This document shows, piece after piece, positions 18,694 to 29,335 of a stretch of DNA of 60,350 bases. The notes under the pieces are model-generated. The model saw nothing but the letters and a program-made list of their open reading frames with translations, ran no database searches and was not told where the DNA came from. Every line of letters starts with the position of its first letter. Within the stretch, counting starts at the first letter, position 1. The stretch comes from Oscillospiraceae bacterium. Its GTDB lineage: Bacteria > Bacillota > Clostridia > Oscillospirales > Oscillospiraceae. A program made the translations under genes and the position numbers. The DNA is taken from NCBI GenBank assembly GCA_045631305.1, contig JAZQUM010000022.1:1-60350 (forward strand), given 5' to 3'.

Positions 18694-21090
18694 TTACTGA
18701 CGAAGTACGTTTTCCTTTTTTTCTGCGTTTTCCACAAGGTTAAACTGAGGAGCATTATTTACCTCCGCAGCCTGTGCGCCAACGATGGCTTCTGCCAGCA
18801 CGGTATCGATGGTTTCTGCGCTGACAAACTTCAGCGCTTCACGCACAGTAGGATCGATCTCTTCCAGATCCTTCACATTGTCCTTGGGGATGATCACAGT
18901 GGTGATCTTGTTGCGCTTGGCTGCCATGGTCTTTTCCTTCAAGCCGCCGATGGCAAGCACGTTACCGCGGAGGGTAACTTCACCCGTCATGGCAACATCA
19001 CCGCGAACGGCGCGGCCGGTAAGGGCGGAAAGCATTGCAGTGGTAATGGCGATACCGGCGGAAGGACCGTCCTTGGGAACAGCACCTTCAGGGAAATGCA
19101 CATGGATATCCTTGGTCTTGTAGAAATCCTTTTCAATGCCCAGCTGATCGGCACGGCTGCGCAGGCAACTGAGGGCTGCCTTGCAGGATTCCTGCATCAC
19201 ATCACCCAGGTTACCGGTAAGCTCCAGCTTGCCGGTGCCGTCCATAACATTGACTTCCACCTTGAGAAGTTCACCGCCTACCTGCGTCCAGGCAAGACCG
19301 TTTACGATACCGATTTCATCTTTCAAAGTGGCATTATCATCCTGATAGCGGATGATACCAAGGTAATCTTTCAGGTTAGAAGGTGTAATGCTGATACGCT
19401 TTACATCTTCTTCTACCAAACGCATTGCAGACTTTCGGCACACCTTGGCAAGCTGACGTTCCAACTTACGCACACCAGATTCTCTGGTATAGCCGGAAAT
19501 CATCAGGCGCAGCGCTTCGTCGCTGATGCGAAGCTGGCTCTTGGCAAGACCGTGCTCCTTGAGCTGCTTGGGGAAGAGATGACGCTTTGCGATCTGCAGC
19601 TTTTCTTCATCGGTATAGCTGGAAAGCTCGATAACTTCCATACGGTCCAGCAGAGGCTTGGGAATGGTGTCAGTGGTATTGGCGGTGGTAATAAAGAGCA
19701 CACGGCTCAGGTCCACAGGAATTTCAAGGAAGTGGTCACGGAAAGCATAGTTCTGTTCGCTATCCAGCACTTCCAGAAGTGCAGAACCGGGGTCGCCACG
19801 CTGATCGCTGCACATCTTGTCGATCTCGTCCAGCACCAACAAAGGGTTCATGGACTTGCTGCGGATCATAGCCTCAATGATACGGCCGGGCATTGCACCT
19901 ATGTAAGTCTTGCGGTGGCCGCGGATATCAGCTTCATCACGTACGCCACCCAAAGAGAGGCGCGCCATCTTGCGATTCACAGCCTTGGCAACAGAAATAG
20001 CAATAGAGGTCTTACCAACACCGGGAGGTCCAACAAGGCAGATGATCTGACCCTTGGCATCGGGGTTGATCTGCTTAACGGCAATAAACTCAAGGATGCG
20101 TTCTTTCACCTTTTGCAGACCATAGTGCTCTGCGTCCAAAATCTTGCGCGCAAGGCCCACATCAGCGCGTTCCTTGGTCTGGGTGTTCCAAGGCATTTCC
20201 AGGCAGGTATCCAGATAATTACGGATCACAGCAGCTTCTGCGCTACCGAAGGGCTGCTTGGAAAGACGGTCAATCTCATGGGTCAGCTGCTTGGTGATGG
20301 CTTCATCCAGTTTGAATTCCTTTACCTTGCGGCGGTATTCACTGATTTCATCTTCGTCGTCTTCCCCCAGTTCCTGCTGCATGAGGTTGATCTGGTTGCG
20401 CAGGATCTGCTCTTTCTGAGTGGTAGCAAACTGCTCGCGCAGCTTGTCTTCCATGGCGCGCTCAAAAGTCAGCACCTGGATTTCACGGGAAAGCATGGAG
20501 TTAAGCTTTTTCAAGCGAGTAACAGGGCGCATTTCTTCCAAAATCGCCTGTTTATCAGTATGACGAAGATTGATATTCTGGCAAACAAAGTCTGCCAGAG
20601 CGCCAAGATCCTTGCAGTCCAGTGCCTTAGCCAGCATTTCATTCTGCACGTTGCCGGCAAGATTGGCATACTCACTGAAAAGTCCGTAAGACTGGCGCAG
20701 CAGAGCCTCTTCCTTGGCGGTAAGGGGCTTGTCATTTTCCACTTCTTCAATCAGTTCGATATTAGCCTGCAGGAAGGGATCGGTCTGCCAAAGGCGCTTG
20801 ATACGGGCGCGGTTAGTGCCTGTCACCATCACGCGGACAGCGCTTTCGGAAATGCGCAGGATCTGGCAGATATGTGCCACCGTACCGATCTCATAAATAT
20901 CATTGGGACCGGGCATTGCGGTGCCGATCTCCTTCTGGGTTACAAGAAAAATGTTCTGGTCTGTCTCCATAGCCAGTTCCAGCGCCTTGACGGAAATTGC
21001 ACGCTCCACGTCAAAGCTCATAGTAGCACGGGGAAAGACAGTTAAACCGCGCAATGCAAGCACGGGAATATTCAAAGTCAAATTGTCCAT
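18694..21090 (-). CDS. lon: ATP-dependent Lon protease (LonA)
   Basis: LON N-domain, AAA+ GPPGVGKTS and protease domain PKDGPSAG. Confidence 0.95.
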   Translation of the reverse strand: MDNLTLNIPVLALRGLTVFPRATMSFDVERAISVKALELAMETDQNIFLVTQKEIGTAMPGPNDIYEIGTVAHICQILRISESAVRVMVTGTNRARIKRLWQTDPFLQANIELIEEVENDKPLTAKEEALLRQSYGLFSEYANLAGNVQNEMLAKALDCKDLGALADFVCQNINLRHTDKQAILEEMRPVTRLKKLNSMLSREIQVLTFERAMEDKLREQFATTQKEQILRNQINLMQQELGEDDEDEISEYRRKVKEFKLDEAITKQLTHEIDRLSKQPFGSAEAAVIRNYLDTCLEMPWNTQTKERADVGLARKILDAEHYGLQKVKERILEFIAVKQINPDAKGQIICLVGPPGVGKTSIAISVAKAVNRKMARLSLGGVRDEADIRGHRKTYIGAMPGRIIEAMIRSKSMNPLLVLDEIDKMCSDQRGDPGSALLEVLDSEQNYAFRDHFLEIPVDLSRVLFITTANTTDTIPKPLLDRMEVIELSSYTDEEKLQIAKRHLFPKQLKEHGLAKSQLRISDEALRLMISGYTRESGVRKLERQLAKVCRKSAMRLVEEDVKRISITPSNLKDYLGIIRYQDDNATLKDEIGIVNGLAWTQVGGELLKVEVNVMDGTGKLELTGNLGDVMQESCKAALSCLRSRADQLGIEKDFYKTKDIHVHFPEGAVPKDGPSAGIAITTAMLSALTGRAVRGDVAMTGEVTLRGNVLAIGGLKEKTMAAKRNKITTVIIPKDNVKDLEEIDPTVREALKFVSAETIDTVLAEAIVGAQAAEVNNAPQFNLVENAEKKENVLRQ

Positions 21091-21118
21091 AGGTTTAACT
21101 TCCTTGTTTCTTTCTAAG

Positions 21119-21152
21119 GGAAAAAGAAGGGACGGCCAGCGCCCCTTCTTTT
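21119..21152 (-). terminator. Probable terminator after clpX
   Basis: AAGAAGGG ... CCCTTCTT stem with an 11-nt loop and a trailing U-run on the minus transcript. Confidence 0.5.
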
Positions 21153-21159
21153 ATTTGTG

Positions 21160-22449
21160 TCAAGGTGCGGAGTCGGTGTCCTCAGTTTCAGCACCGCTTT
21201 CCGCTTTGCATTCTTCCTTTTCTCCTCTCACCAGCTGAGGTTCCGCTTCTCCGCGGGCACACTCTGCCGTGATGATCACCTTGGTAATGGTGGGATCGGA
21301 AGGAATATCAAACATGATCTGCGTCAGGATGCCTTCCATCACAGCACGCAGACCGCGGGCGCCGATATTGCGCTCAATGGCGCTGTCAGCCACCACTTCC
21401 AATGCTTCGGGCGTAAATTCCAGTTCCACATCGTCATAAGAGAAGAGTGCAGAATACTGCTTCACCAAAGCATTCTTAGGCTCGGTGAGGATACGGATAA
21501 GATCCTCGCGCTTGAGATCCTGCAGAGGTGCGATCACAGGAAGACGGCCCACCAGTTCGGGGATAATACCGAACTTCAAAATGTCATGGGGCTGCACCTG
21601 CTTGAGGATCTTGCCGATATCGCGGTCCTTCTTGGAAGCAATAGCAGCACCGAAGCCGATGCTCTTCTGATCCAGACGGCGCTCAATGATCTTTTCAAGA
21701 CCGTCAAACGCACCGCCGCAGATGAAGAGAATGTTCTTGGTATTGATCTGGATGAATTCCTGATGGGGATGCTTGCGGCCACCCTGGGGAGGCACGTTGG
21801 CCACGGTACCTTCCAGGATCTTCAAAAGGGCCTGCTGCACGCCTTCACCGGAAACGTCGCGGGTGATGGAGGTATTTTCGCTCTTGCGGGCGATCTTGTC
21901 GATCTCATCGACATAGATAATGCCACGCTCAGCCAGTTCCACATCGAAATCTGCTGCCTGCAGAAGGCGGAGCAGAATGTTCTCCACGTCGTCACCTACG
22001 TAACCTGCTTCGGTCAGCGTGGTAGCATCCGCAATGGCGAAGGGGACTTCCAGCACACGGGCCAAAGTCTGGGCAAAAAGCGTTTTACCGCTGCCGGTGG
22101 GGCCGATCATCAGAATGTTGCTCTTCTGCAGCTCCACATCACTTTCGCCACCAAAGAAGATTCTCTTATAATGATTGTAAACAGAAACGCTCAGGGCGAT
22201 CTTCGCGTCCTCCTGACCCACCACATACTGATCCAGAATCTCCTTGATCTCACGGGGGGTAGGCAGCGTTTCGGGCGCCTCGCAATAGGAGGCAGCCTCT
22301 TCTTCAAAGCCGTCACTCAAAATGTTGGAACAAAGATGCACACACTCATCGCAGATCCGCACGCCGGGGCCCTGGATCATACGATAGACCTGCTCTTCGC
22401 TCTTACCGCAGAATGAACAGCGGATGGCTTTCTTGCCTTCTTCGCTCAT
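21160..22449 (-). CDS. clpX: ATP-dependent Clp protease ATP-binding subunit ClpX
   Basis: N-terminal Zn finger CSFCGK...CDEC, Walker A GPTGSGKT and an IGF-type loop. Confidence 0.95.
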   Translation of the reverse strand: MSEEGKKAIRCSFCGKSEEQVYRMIQGPGVRICDECVHLCSNILSDGFEEEAASYCEAPETLPTPREIKEILDQYVVGQEDAKIALSVSVYNHYKRIFFGGESDVELQKSNILMIGPTGSGKTLFAQTLARVLEVPFAIADATTLTEAGYVGDDVENILLRLLQAADFDVELAERGIIYVDEIDKIARKSENTSITRDVSGEGVQQALLKILEGTVANVPPQGGRKHPHQEFIQINTKNILFICGGAFDGLEKIIERRLDQKSIGFGAAIASKKDRDIGKILKQVQPHDILKFGIIPELVGRLPVIAPLQDLKREDLIRILTEPKNALVKQYSALFSYDDVELEFTPEALEVVADSAIERNIGARGLRAVMEGILTQIMFDIPSDPTITKVIITAECARGEAEPQLVRGEKEECKAESGAETEDTDSAP

Positions 22450-22462
22450 GCTTGTACCTCAG

Positions 22463-23044
22463 TTATCTTTTATAAATCACCTTGTCGATGAGGCCGAATT
22501 CCTTGGCCTCTTCGGCAGTCATAAAGTTGTCGCGTTCGCAGGCTGCCACAACTTCTTCATAGGGCTTGCCGCAATTTTCTGCCATGATCTCACTCAGGCG
22601 CTTCTTGGTGCGCAGAATGAGGTTTGCATGGATCTCAATGTCGGTAGCCTGACCTCTGAAGCCACCCAAAGGCTGATGAATCATCACCTCGGAGTTGGGC
22701 AGCGCAATACGCTTGCCCTTGGCGCCGGAGGAAAGCAGGAATGCGCCCATGCTGGCTGCCATACCGATGCAGATGGTGGAAACATCGGGCTTGATGTACT
22801 GCATGGTATCATAGATAGCCATACCGGCAGTCACACTGCCGCCGGGGCTGTTGATATACATCTGGATATCTTTATCGGGATCCTGCGCTTCAAGATACAG
22901 CAGCTGTGCCACTACAAGACTTGCAGTGGTATCGTTGATCTCTTCGCCCAGGAAAATAATGCGGTCATTGAGAAGTCTGGAAAAAATATCGTAAGATCTC
23001 TCGCCGCGATTGGTCTGTTCCACAACGTACGGCACTAAACTCAT
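22463..23044 (-). CDS. clpP: ATP-dependent Clp protease proteolytic subunit
   Basis: ...[11 protein letters not shown]...[11 protein letters not shown]...IHQPLGG. AAAGGAGG lies 8 nt before the ATG at 23044. Confidence 0.95.
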   Translation of the reverse strand: MSLVPYVVEQTNRGERSYDIFSRLLNDRIIFLGEEINDTTASLVVAQLLYLEAQDPDKDIQMYINSPGGSVTAGMAIYDTMQYIKPDVSTICIGMAASMGAFLLSSGAKGKRIALPNSEVMIHQPLGGFRGQATDIEIHANLILRTKKRLSEIMAENCGKPYEEVVAACERDNFMTAEEAKEFGLIDKVIYKR

Positions 23045-23070
23045 GAGAAAACCTCCTTTTGTCTCACGCA

Positions 23071-23159
23071 ATATTGCTACATGTAGCAATATATCATGGT
23101 AGCGTAACTACCATGATATATTGTGTCATTTTTTTGAACTTTTTTGAAATATTTTTGAA
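23071..23159 (-). promoter_or_regulatory. clpP upstream control region: two overlapping palindromes plus three phased T/A-tracts
   Basis: A perfect 22-bp palindrome ATATTGCTACA|TGTAGCAATAT lies at 23071-23092. A 14-bp-arm inverted repeat ATATATCATGGTAG-cgtaa-CTACCATGATATAT lies at 23089-23121. TTTTTGAA occurs at 23131, 23141 and 23152, spaced 10-11 bp apart. Confidence 0.4.
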
Positions 23160-23186
23160 ATTTTCTCAGGCTTGCCGTGAAAGGAA

Positions 23187-24533
23187 TTATTCTTCGGTCT
23201 TTTCTTCGGATTCTTCCTTAGCAGCCTTCTTGGTGGTCTTCTTGGCAGCCTTCTTTTCGGGCAGAACTGCAACAGCGCTGTCAACTACAACTGCGATAGC
23301 CTTGTCCTTGGTGATGCCTTCCTTAACCTGATCGGCGGAGAGGTACTTCTTCACGGTGTCAAGTTCCATGTTGTAACGTTCAGCAACCTTAGCGTATTCA
23401 GCTTCGATATCTTCTTCGGATACTTCGATGTTTTCAGCCTTGATAATAGCTTCCAGAGCCAGATCCAGACGAACCTGTGCCAGAGCGGGAGCTGCAGCTT
23501 CTTCCTTCAGCTTTTCTTCGCTGCTGCCGGTGAACTTCAGGTAATCTTCATAGCGCATGCCGGAAGCCATGAGCTGGTTCTTGAAGTTGTTCATGAAGAC
23601 TTCGATCTGAGCGTCAACCATAGCCTGGGGAACTTCGCATTCGATGCCATCAGCAACCTTGCGCATCAGGGTATCTTCGAAAGCGCGCTTGCCAGCTTCT
23701 TCATATTCAGCGGTCAGCTTCTTCTTGATGTCAGCCTTGAGTTCCTTCAAGGTTTCGAATTCGGAAACGTCCTTAGCGAATTCGTCATCGATTTCGGGAA
23801 CTTCCTTGGTCTTAACTTCGTTGACCTTTACATGGAATACAACTGCCTTGCCTGCCAGATCTGCAACGTAATCTTCGGGGAAGGTGATGTCCAGGTCCTT
23901 TTCTTCGCCGGCGTTCATGCCGATGAGCTGGGTTTCGAAACCGGGAACAAAGCTGCCGGAACCGATTTCCAGTTCGAAGTTTTCGCCCTTGCCGCCTTCG
24001 AAAGCAACGCCATTGTCGAAGCCTTCAAAGTCGATCACTGCAACGTCGCCCTTCTTAACAGCGCGTTCTACGGGAGCAAGACGGGTGTTACGTTCAGCCA
24101 TTTCGCTCAGGCGAGCATTAACGTCAGCTGCCATGATCTTAACTTCATCCTTGGGAGCTTCCAGACCCTTGTACTGGCCCAGCTTCACTTCGGGATAAAC
24201 AGCAACAACTGCGGTGAAGGAGAAACCTTCAGCGGAAACATCGCCCAGCTGGATTTCGGGATAACCAACTACCTGCAGACCTTCGGACTCAACAGCAGCG
24301 ACATATGCATCGGGCATAGCGATGTTGATAGCTTCTTCATAGAAAGCGCCCTTGCCGTACATGTTTTCGATTACCTTGCGGGGAGCCTTACCGGGACGGA
24401 AACCAGATACCTTAACGGTGCCACGCAGCTTCTTGTATGCCTTTTCAACAGCAGCTTCGAATTCTGCAGCGCCAACTTCAACGGTCATGGTGACCATGTT
24501 CTTCTCGTTTCTCTCGATGTTTTTTACACTCAT
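23187..24533 (-). CDS. tig: Trigger factor
   Basis: 448 aa with a ribosome-binding N-domain (GFRPGKAP), an FKBP-type PPIase middle domain and an acidic/Lys-rich tail. Confidence 0.95.
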   Translation of the reverse strand: MSVKNIERNEKNMVTMTVEVGAAEFEAAVEKAYKKLRGTVKVSGFRPGKAPRKVIENMYGKGAFYEEAINIAMPDAYVAAVESEGLQVVGYPEIQLGDVSAEGFSFTAVVAVYPEVKLGQYKGLEAPKDEVKIMAADVNARLSEMAERNTRLAPVERAVKKGDVAVIDFEGFDNGVAFEGGKGENFELEIGSGSFVPGFETQLIGMNAGEEKDLDITFPEDYVADLAGKAVVFHVKVNEVKTKEVPEIDDEFAKDVSEFETLKELKADIKKKLTAEYEEAGKRAFEDTLMRKVADGIECEVPQAMVDAQIEVFMNNFKNQLMASGMRYEDYLKFTGSSEEKLKEEAAAPALAQVRLDLALEAIIKAENIEVSEEDIEAEYAKVAERYNMELDTVKKYLSADQVKEGITKDKAIAVVVDSAVAVLPEKKAAKKTTKKAAKEESEEKTEE

Positions 24534-24625
24534 TTATTTTTCCTCCGTTCAGCGCGGTAAATATACATACCAGCGCAATAATGTATTTTAACAGATATTA
24601 GTAGAAATTTCCATAGTTTTTTGCA

Positions 24626-25312
24626 CTAATCGCAAATTTTTTTGGGAATAAATTTCAGATAATCCGCTGCAATCAGCGAAAAATCGATTCCTTCGTGGAT
24701 CCCTTCCATTGCCCGCTTGTGGGTGGGGCCGTGGAGATGACCGTAACAGCAGCGTTTTACGCCGGCTTTCTGCAGCGCTGCCATCACTTCAGGGCATCGA
24801 TAGCCCTGATAAAGAGGCGGGTAATGCAAAAAGCACAGGATCTCCTTCTCCCCTGCTGCTGCCAACGAAGTTTCCAGACGCATCACTTCGCGGTGAAGCA
24901 CTTTTTCATCGTGTGCCTGCTGGTCTTCTTCATAGAACCATCCGCGGGTGCCGCAAATGGCATAGTCCCCGTAAAAGAAGCAGTTGTTGAAAAGGATATC
25001 GATAGAGGTAATTCCGTTATCGGCAAAAAATCGGCGCATTTTCGTAGCCGTGTTCCACCAATAATCGTGATTGCCTTTGAGTACGATCTTTTTGCCGGGC
25101 AGAGCGTCGATAAAGCGAAAGTCCTGCAGAGATTCCTCCAGAGAACTTCCCCAGGAGAGATCGCCGCAAAGCACCGTTACGTCATCGTCTTTCAGCTCTG
25201 CAAAAGCATCTTTCAGCCGCTCAACATGATTAGCCCACGCAGGGCCGAACACATCCATAGGCTTATTGGACGAAAGCGACAGATGCAGATCGCCGATGGC
25301 ATAGAGTGCCAT
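24626..25312 (-). CDS. Metallophosphoesterase family protein
   Basis: MALYAIGDLHLS...GDLSWG...GNHDYW...GHLHG motifs. Confidence 0.8.
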   Translation of the reverse strand: MALYAIGDLHLSLSSNKPMDVFGPAWANHVERLKDAFAELKDDDVTVLCGDLSWGSSLEESLQDFRFIDALPGKKIVLKGNHDYWWNTATKMRRFFADNGITSIDILFNNCFFYGDYAICGTRGWFYEEDQQAHDEKVLHREVMRLETSLAAAGEKEILCFLHYPPLYQGYRCPEVMAALQKAGVKRCCYGHLHGPTHKRAMEGIHEGIDFSLIAADYLKFIPKKICD

Positions 25313-25351
25313 AACCTCTCTCCTTTCTCACAGATCGCCCGAAAGCATTTC

Positions 25352-26836
25352 TCAGCGCAGGAATTCCAGAACCTTACCTTCCATAGCCTGCTTTTCGGTG
25401 CAGTCATCAAAGCGACGAGCCTTGCCCTTGAGTGCAGCAAGACGGCTGGGAGCCGCAACACCGGTAATACGCAGCAACTGGTCGATCTGTTCCACGCCCT
25501 CGCCTTCCACTTCTTCGCCGATGGCACGCAGCACATGGTCGCAGAACTTATAGGGGCTTGCGGTGGAAACGAATACGGTCACAGCGTCATCGCCGGTTTC
25601 AGCGCGGTACTGTGCCAGAACATTGGCAGCAACAGCGGTGTGGGTATCGATGAGGTAGCCGGTCTTGTAGTATTCGCCGATAGTCTTTTCGGTTTCTTCT
25701 TCGTTGCAGAAGCCACCCCAGAAAAGATCCTGCATCTGGGTGCGGATGGAATCGGAAACGGTATAGCCGCCTTCTTCCACCAGCTTCTTCATGTAGCCGC
25801 GAACTTCTTCATCGTTGCAGCCGCTGAGTTCGAAGAGCATACGTTCCAAGTTGCTGGAGATGAGGATGTCCATAGAGGGGCTCATGGTGGTGTGGAAGGG
25901 ACGGTTGCGGTTGTACACACCGGTGCGGATGAACTCGGTGAGAACGTCGTTGCAGTTGGAAGCGCAGATCAGCTTGCCAACAGGAATGCCCATCTTCTTG
26001 GCATAGTAAGCGGCAAGGATATTGCCGAAGTTACCGGTGGGAACGCAGTAGTTCACCTTGTCACCCATGGCGATCTTGCCGTCACGCAGCAAATCGCAGT
26101 AAGCGGAAACATAATATACCACCTGAGGCAGGATACGGCCCCAGTTGATGGAGTTTGCGGAAGAGAGGAAATAGCCGCGGCGGTTCAGTTCTTCGCGGAT
26201 CTCCACATCGGAGAAAATGCGCTTTACGCCATTCTGTGCATCGTCGAAGTTACCGATGACGGAGCAAACGCCCACGTTCTTGCCTTCCTGAGTGACCATC
26301 TGCTGTTCCTGAACGCTGGAAACACCATCCTTAGGATAGAACACAAGGATCTTGGTCTGGTCAACATCAGCAAAGCCTTCCATAGCAGCCTTACCGGTGT
26401 CACCGGAGGTAGCTACCAGGATGCAAACAGTCTTGTCTTCGCCAGTCTTCTTCAAGCTGGCGGAAAGAAGCTGAGGCAGCATCTGCAGAGCCATATCCTT
26501 GAAGGCGCTGGTAGGACCGTGCCACAGTTCCAGGCAGTGGGTCTTGGCATCTACTTCACGGAGAGGAGCAACGGCTGCGGTATCATACTTTTCGCCGTTG
26601 TATGCATTTTCAGCAAACTGCAGCAGTTCTTCTTCAGAGAAATCATCCAGGAAGAGCTTCATGATCTTTGCTGCGCGTTCCTGATAACGCATGCCGCAAA
26701 GGCTCTTGATGGTAGCTTCATCAATGGCGGGAAAAGAAGCGGGGGTGAAAAGACCGCCGTCGCGGGAAAGACCCATCTTGATGGCATCTGCTGCGGGGAA
26801 AGCAAGAGTCTTATCTCTGGTGCTCAAATACTTCAT
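25352..26836 (-). CDS. thrC: Threonine synthase
   Basis: MKYLSTRD..., PLP-lysine context GPTSAFKDMALQ. AGGAG lies 9 nt before the ATG at 26836. Confidence 0.9.
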   Translation of the reverse strand: MKYLSTRDKTLAFPAADAIKMGLSRDGGLFTPASFPAIDEATIKSLCGMRYQERAAKIMKLFLDDFSEEELLQFAENAYNGEKYDTAAVAPLREVDAKTHCLELWHGPTSAFKDMALQMLPQLLSASLKKTGEDKTVCILVATSGDTGKAAMEGFADVDQTKILVFYPKDGVSSVQEQQMVTQEGKNVGVCSVIGNFDDAQNGVKRIFSDVEIREELNRRGYFLSSANSINWGRILPQVVYYVSAYCDLLRDGKIAMGDKVNYCVPTGNFGNILAAYYAKKMGIPVGKLICASNCNDVLTEFIRTGVYNRNRPFHTTMSPSMDILISSNLERMLFELSGCNDEEVRGYMKKLVEEGGYTVSDSIRTQMQDLFWGGFCNEEETEKTIGEYYKTGYLIDTHTAVAANVLAQYRAETGDDAVTVFVSTASPYKFCDHVLRAIGEEVEGEGVEQIDQLLRITGVAAPSRLAALKGKARRFDDCTEKQAMEGKVLEFLR

Positions 26837-26866
26837 TTTTCTTGACTCCTTTGTCAAATTCTTCTA

Positions 26867-27226
26867 TCAAAACGCATCTTCGATATATTCGATGCGTATG
26901 CTTTTGGGATTATAATCGGCATCGGTATATACCTCTGCCACATCAAAACGAGCCGGGCAATCCAACTCGTTCAGACTCATATACATCTCTGCCGTGGCGC
27001 GGATCTTACGCTGCTTGGCAGGGGTCACAAATTCACGGGGCAAACCGAAATCAAGATTGCTGCGCAGCTTTACTTCCACAAAACACAGCGTTTTCTTCTT
27101 ACGCGCGATGAGGTCGATCTCACCGTAAACACAGTGGTAACTGCTAGCCAAGATCTCATACCCATGCTTGCGGAGATATTCCGCCACCTGTGCTTCACCC
27201 CATGTGCCGATGGCCCGGCGGTTCAT
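26867..27226 (-). CDS. yraN: YraN family endonuclease (UPF0102)
   Basis: MNRRAIGTWGEAQVAEYL...GEIDLIA...FVEVK. ATGA overlap with the rnhB stop. Confidence 0.85.
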   Translation of the reverse strand: MNRRAIGTWGEAQVAEYLRKHGYEILASSYHCVYGEIDLIARKKKTLCFVEVKLRSNLDFGLPREFVTPAKQRKIRATAEMYMSLNELDCPARFDVAEVYTDADYNPKSIRIEYIEDAF

Positions 27227-27846
27227 CGCTTGGCCTCCCACTTTTTCAGGAAGGACTTGCGGTGTACAGGACTGGGGCCGTACTGGTCCAGCATCTCATA
27301 GTGGAGCTTGGTACCGTAACCCTTGTGCTTGGCAAAACAATACTCGGGATACTCTTTATCCAGCACTTCCGTTACAAAACGATCGCGGCTGACCTTTGCC
27401 AGAACGGATGCTGCAGCAATGCTCATGCTCTTTCCGTCACCGCCGATCACGGTGATGTTTTCGCACTCGATGCCAACGCTTCGGTTTCCGTCCACCAACG
27501 CAAGATCCGGCACAGGAAAAAGCATTTTGATGGCCCGATCCATAGCCAGCATGCGAGCGGCAAGAATGTTGATCTCATCGATCTCCTCTTCCGACGCGGT
27601 AGCAATGGCATAAGCCACAGCATTTTCACAGATCACATCAAAAAGCGCTTCCCGCTTTTTTTCCGTGAGCTTTTTGGAATCGTTCAGTCCCTCGATCACA
27701 AGACCGCGGGGAAGGATCACCGCTGCGGCATACACAGGGCCTGCTAGAGGGCCTGCGCCCGCTTCATCCACACCGCAGACCACATCGTAGCCGCGGTCAA
27801 AGGCGTCCTGCTCAATGCTCCAGGGATCTACCATGTGCTGCGCCAT
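27223..27846 (-). CDS. rnhB: Ribonuclease HII
   Basis: GVDEAGAGPLAGPV...DSKKL... catalytic motifs. Confidence 0.9.
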   Translation of the reverse strand: MAQHMVDPWSIEQDAFDRGYDVVCGVDEAGAGPLAGPVYAAAVILPRGLVIEGLNDSKKLTEKKREALFDVICENAVAYAIATASEEEIDEINILAARMLAMDRAIKMLFPVPDLALVDGNRSVGIECENITVIGGDGKSMSIAAASVLAKVSRDRFVTEVLDKEYPEYCFAKHKGYGTKLHYEMLDQYGPSPVHRKSFLKKWEAKR

Positions 27847-27861
27847 GCAAATACCTCTCCG

Positions 27862-28740
27862 TTAAGAAATCTCTTCGGGCAGTTCCAGCGTAAAGCGGCC
27901 CAGCTTGCTGCCACGGTACTCATCCATCAGTACCTTGGCCATGCGCTCGGTATCGATCTCACCGCCGCGCACCACAAAGCCGCGGCTCTTGCCGCACTTT
28001 TCCAAAAGTTCGTAGCCGCTGTCCTCTTCCTGCACTTCCACTTTGTAGCGAGCCTTCAAAGCTTCGGGATAGTGCTTACCCATGTAGGTGAGAAGATGGC
28101 AGGCCAATTCTTCAATATCCATGACCTCGTCACGGACGGCGCCTGTAAAGGCAAGATTCAAACCAACGCTCTGGTCTTCAAATTTGGGCCAAAGGATACC
28201 GGGGGTATCCATCAGTTCCAGAGAAGTATCCACAGGCACCCACTGCTTGGAGCGGGTCACACCGGGACGGTCCTCCGCCTTGGCGGTCTTTCTCTTGGCC
28301 ACCTTATTGATAAATGTGGATTTACCCACATTGGGGATACCTAAAATCATTACGCGGATCACACGACCCACCTGACCCTTTTCCGCATAGGCACGGATCT
28401 TCTCGCTGAGAAGCTCACGCACGCTTGCAGCAAAACGGTTGGTGCCCACGCCGTTTTTCGCATCCGCTTCCAGAACGGCATAGCCCTTGGCACGGAAATA
28501 CTGCGCCCAGCGCTTGGTTGCCGCAGGGTCAGCCTGATCCACACGGTTGAGAACGATGAGGCGGGGCTTGCCTGCCGTCAGCTCGTCCACATCGGGGTTT
28601 CGGCTGGAAACGGGAATACGGGCATCCAGAATCTCACAGACAGCATCCACATGCCGCAGCTGATCGACAATCATGCGGCGGGTCTTGGTCATATGACCGG
28701 GATACCACTGGATATTCATTTTGTTATCCATTTCTTTCAT
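27862..28740 (-). CDS. rbgA: Ribosome biogenesis GTPase A (YlqF/RbgA)
   Basis: MNIQWYPGHMTK, circularly permuted G-domain (NRVD...GIPNVGKST). The start may be an internal ATG at 28719. Confidence 0.9.
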   Translation of the reverse strand: MKEMDNKMNIQWYPGHMTKTRRMIVDQLRHVDAVCEILDARIPVSSRNPDVDELTAGKPRLIVLNRVDQADPAATKRWAQYFRAKGYAVLEADAKNGVGTNRFAASVRELLSEKIRAYAEKGQVGRVIRVMILGIPNVGKSTFINKVAKRKTAKAEDRPGVTRSKQWVPVDTSLELMDTPGILWPKFEDQSVGLNLAFTGAVRDEVMDIEELACHLLTYMGKHYPEALKARYKVEVQEEDSGYELLEKCGKSRGFVVRGGEIDTERMAKVLMDEYRGSKLGRFTLELPEEIS

Positions 28741-28744
28741 ACTG

Positions 28745-29335
28745 TTAACCTATCCATCCGATGCGGCTGAACTCACGCTCGCCGATATCGGGATTTACAC
28801 CGGGCATCAGCAGCATAATGGCCTTGCCCATAATATATCGTTCATCCACCTGACCGCACTGGGTAAAACGGCTGTCGGTGCTGGCATTGCGGTTATCCCC
28901 AAGAAGGAACACACAGCCTTCTTCCACCGTCAGCGGAAACTGCATGTCGCCAACGGTATAGTTCGTTTCGCGGATATAGTCCTCTTCCAACAGCACGCCG
29001 TCTACATAAACGCCGCCTGTAAAAAGATCGATATCCACCGTCTGCCCTTCCACGGCGATCACGCGCTTAACGATGGGAGAAACCATGAAACTCTCCTTCC
29101 GCGCCACCACAATGTCACCGGGTTTATAATCGTCATAAAGCAAGGGGCTCACCACCAAAAGGCGGTCACCGGATTCCAGCGTGCAGCGCATGGAACCGCC
29201 ATCCACCCCGATGAGACGGATTGCAAAGGTAAAGAGCAGCACCACAGCAACCACGGCCCAGACCAAAGCCTGCACCCACTCATACATATCTTTGCCTTTT
29301 TTTTCAACGATTTCCACGTTCTTCTCTTCGCTCAT
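28745..29335 (-). CDS. lepB: Signal peptidase I (housekeeping copy)
   Basis: One TM, catalytic Ser context DGGSM, Lys box VKRVIAVEG and GDNRNASTDSR. GGAGA lies 5 nt before the ATG at 29335. Confidence 0.9.
   Translation of the reverse strand: MSEEKNVEIVEKKGKDMYEWVQALVWAVVAVVLLFTFAIRLIGVDGGSMRCTLESGDRLLVVSPLLYDDYKPGDIVVARKESFMVSPIVKRVIAVEGQTVDIDLFTGGVYVDGVLLEEDYIRETNYTVGDMQFPLTVEEGCVFLLGDNRNASTDSRFTQCGQVDERYIMGKAIMLLMPGVNPDIGEREFSRIGWIG

Noticed and set aside
19096-21045. 649-aa plus-strand ORF
   Set aside because: It is antisense to lon and is a shadow ORF.
23071-23121. CtsR box or CIRCE element upstream of clpP
   Set aside because: Neither GGTCAAA heptad repeats nor TTAGCACTC-N9-GAGTGCTAA are present; the palindromes have a different sequence.
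24695-26845. 716-aa plus-strand ORF
   Set aside because: It is antisense to the metallophosphoesterase and thrC genes and spans their intergenic gap, which a real gene would not do.
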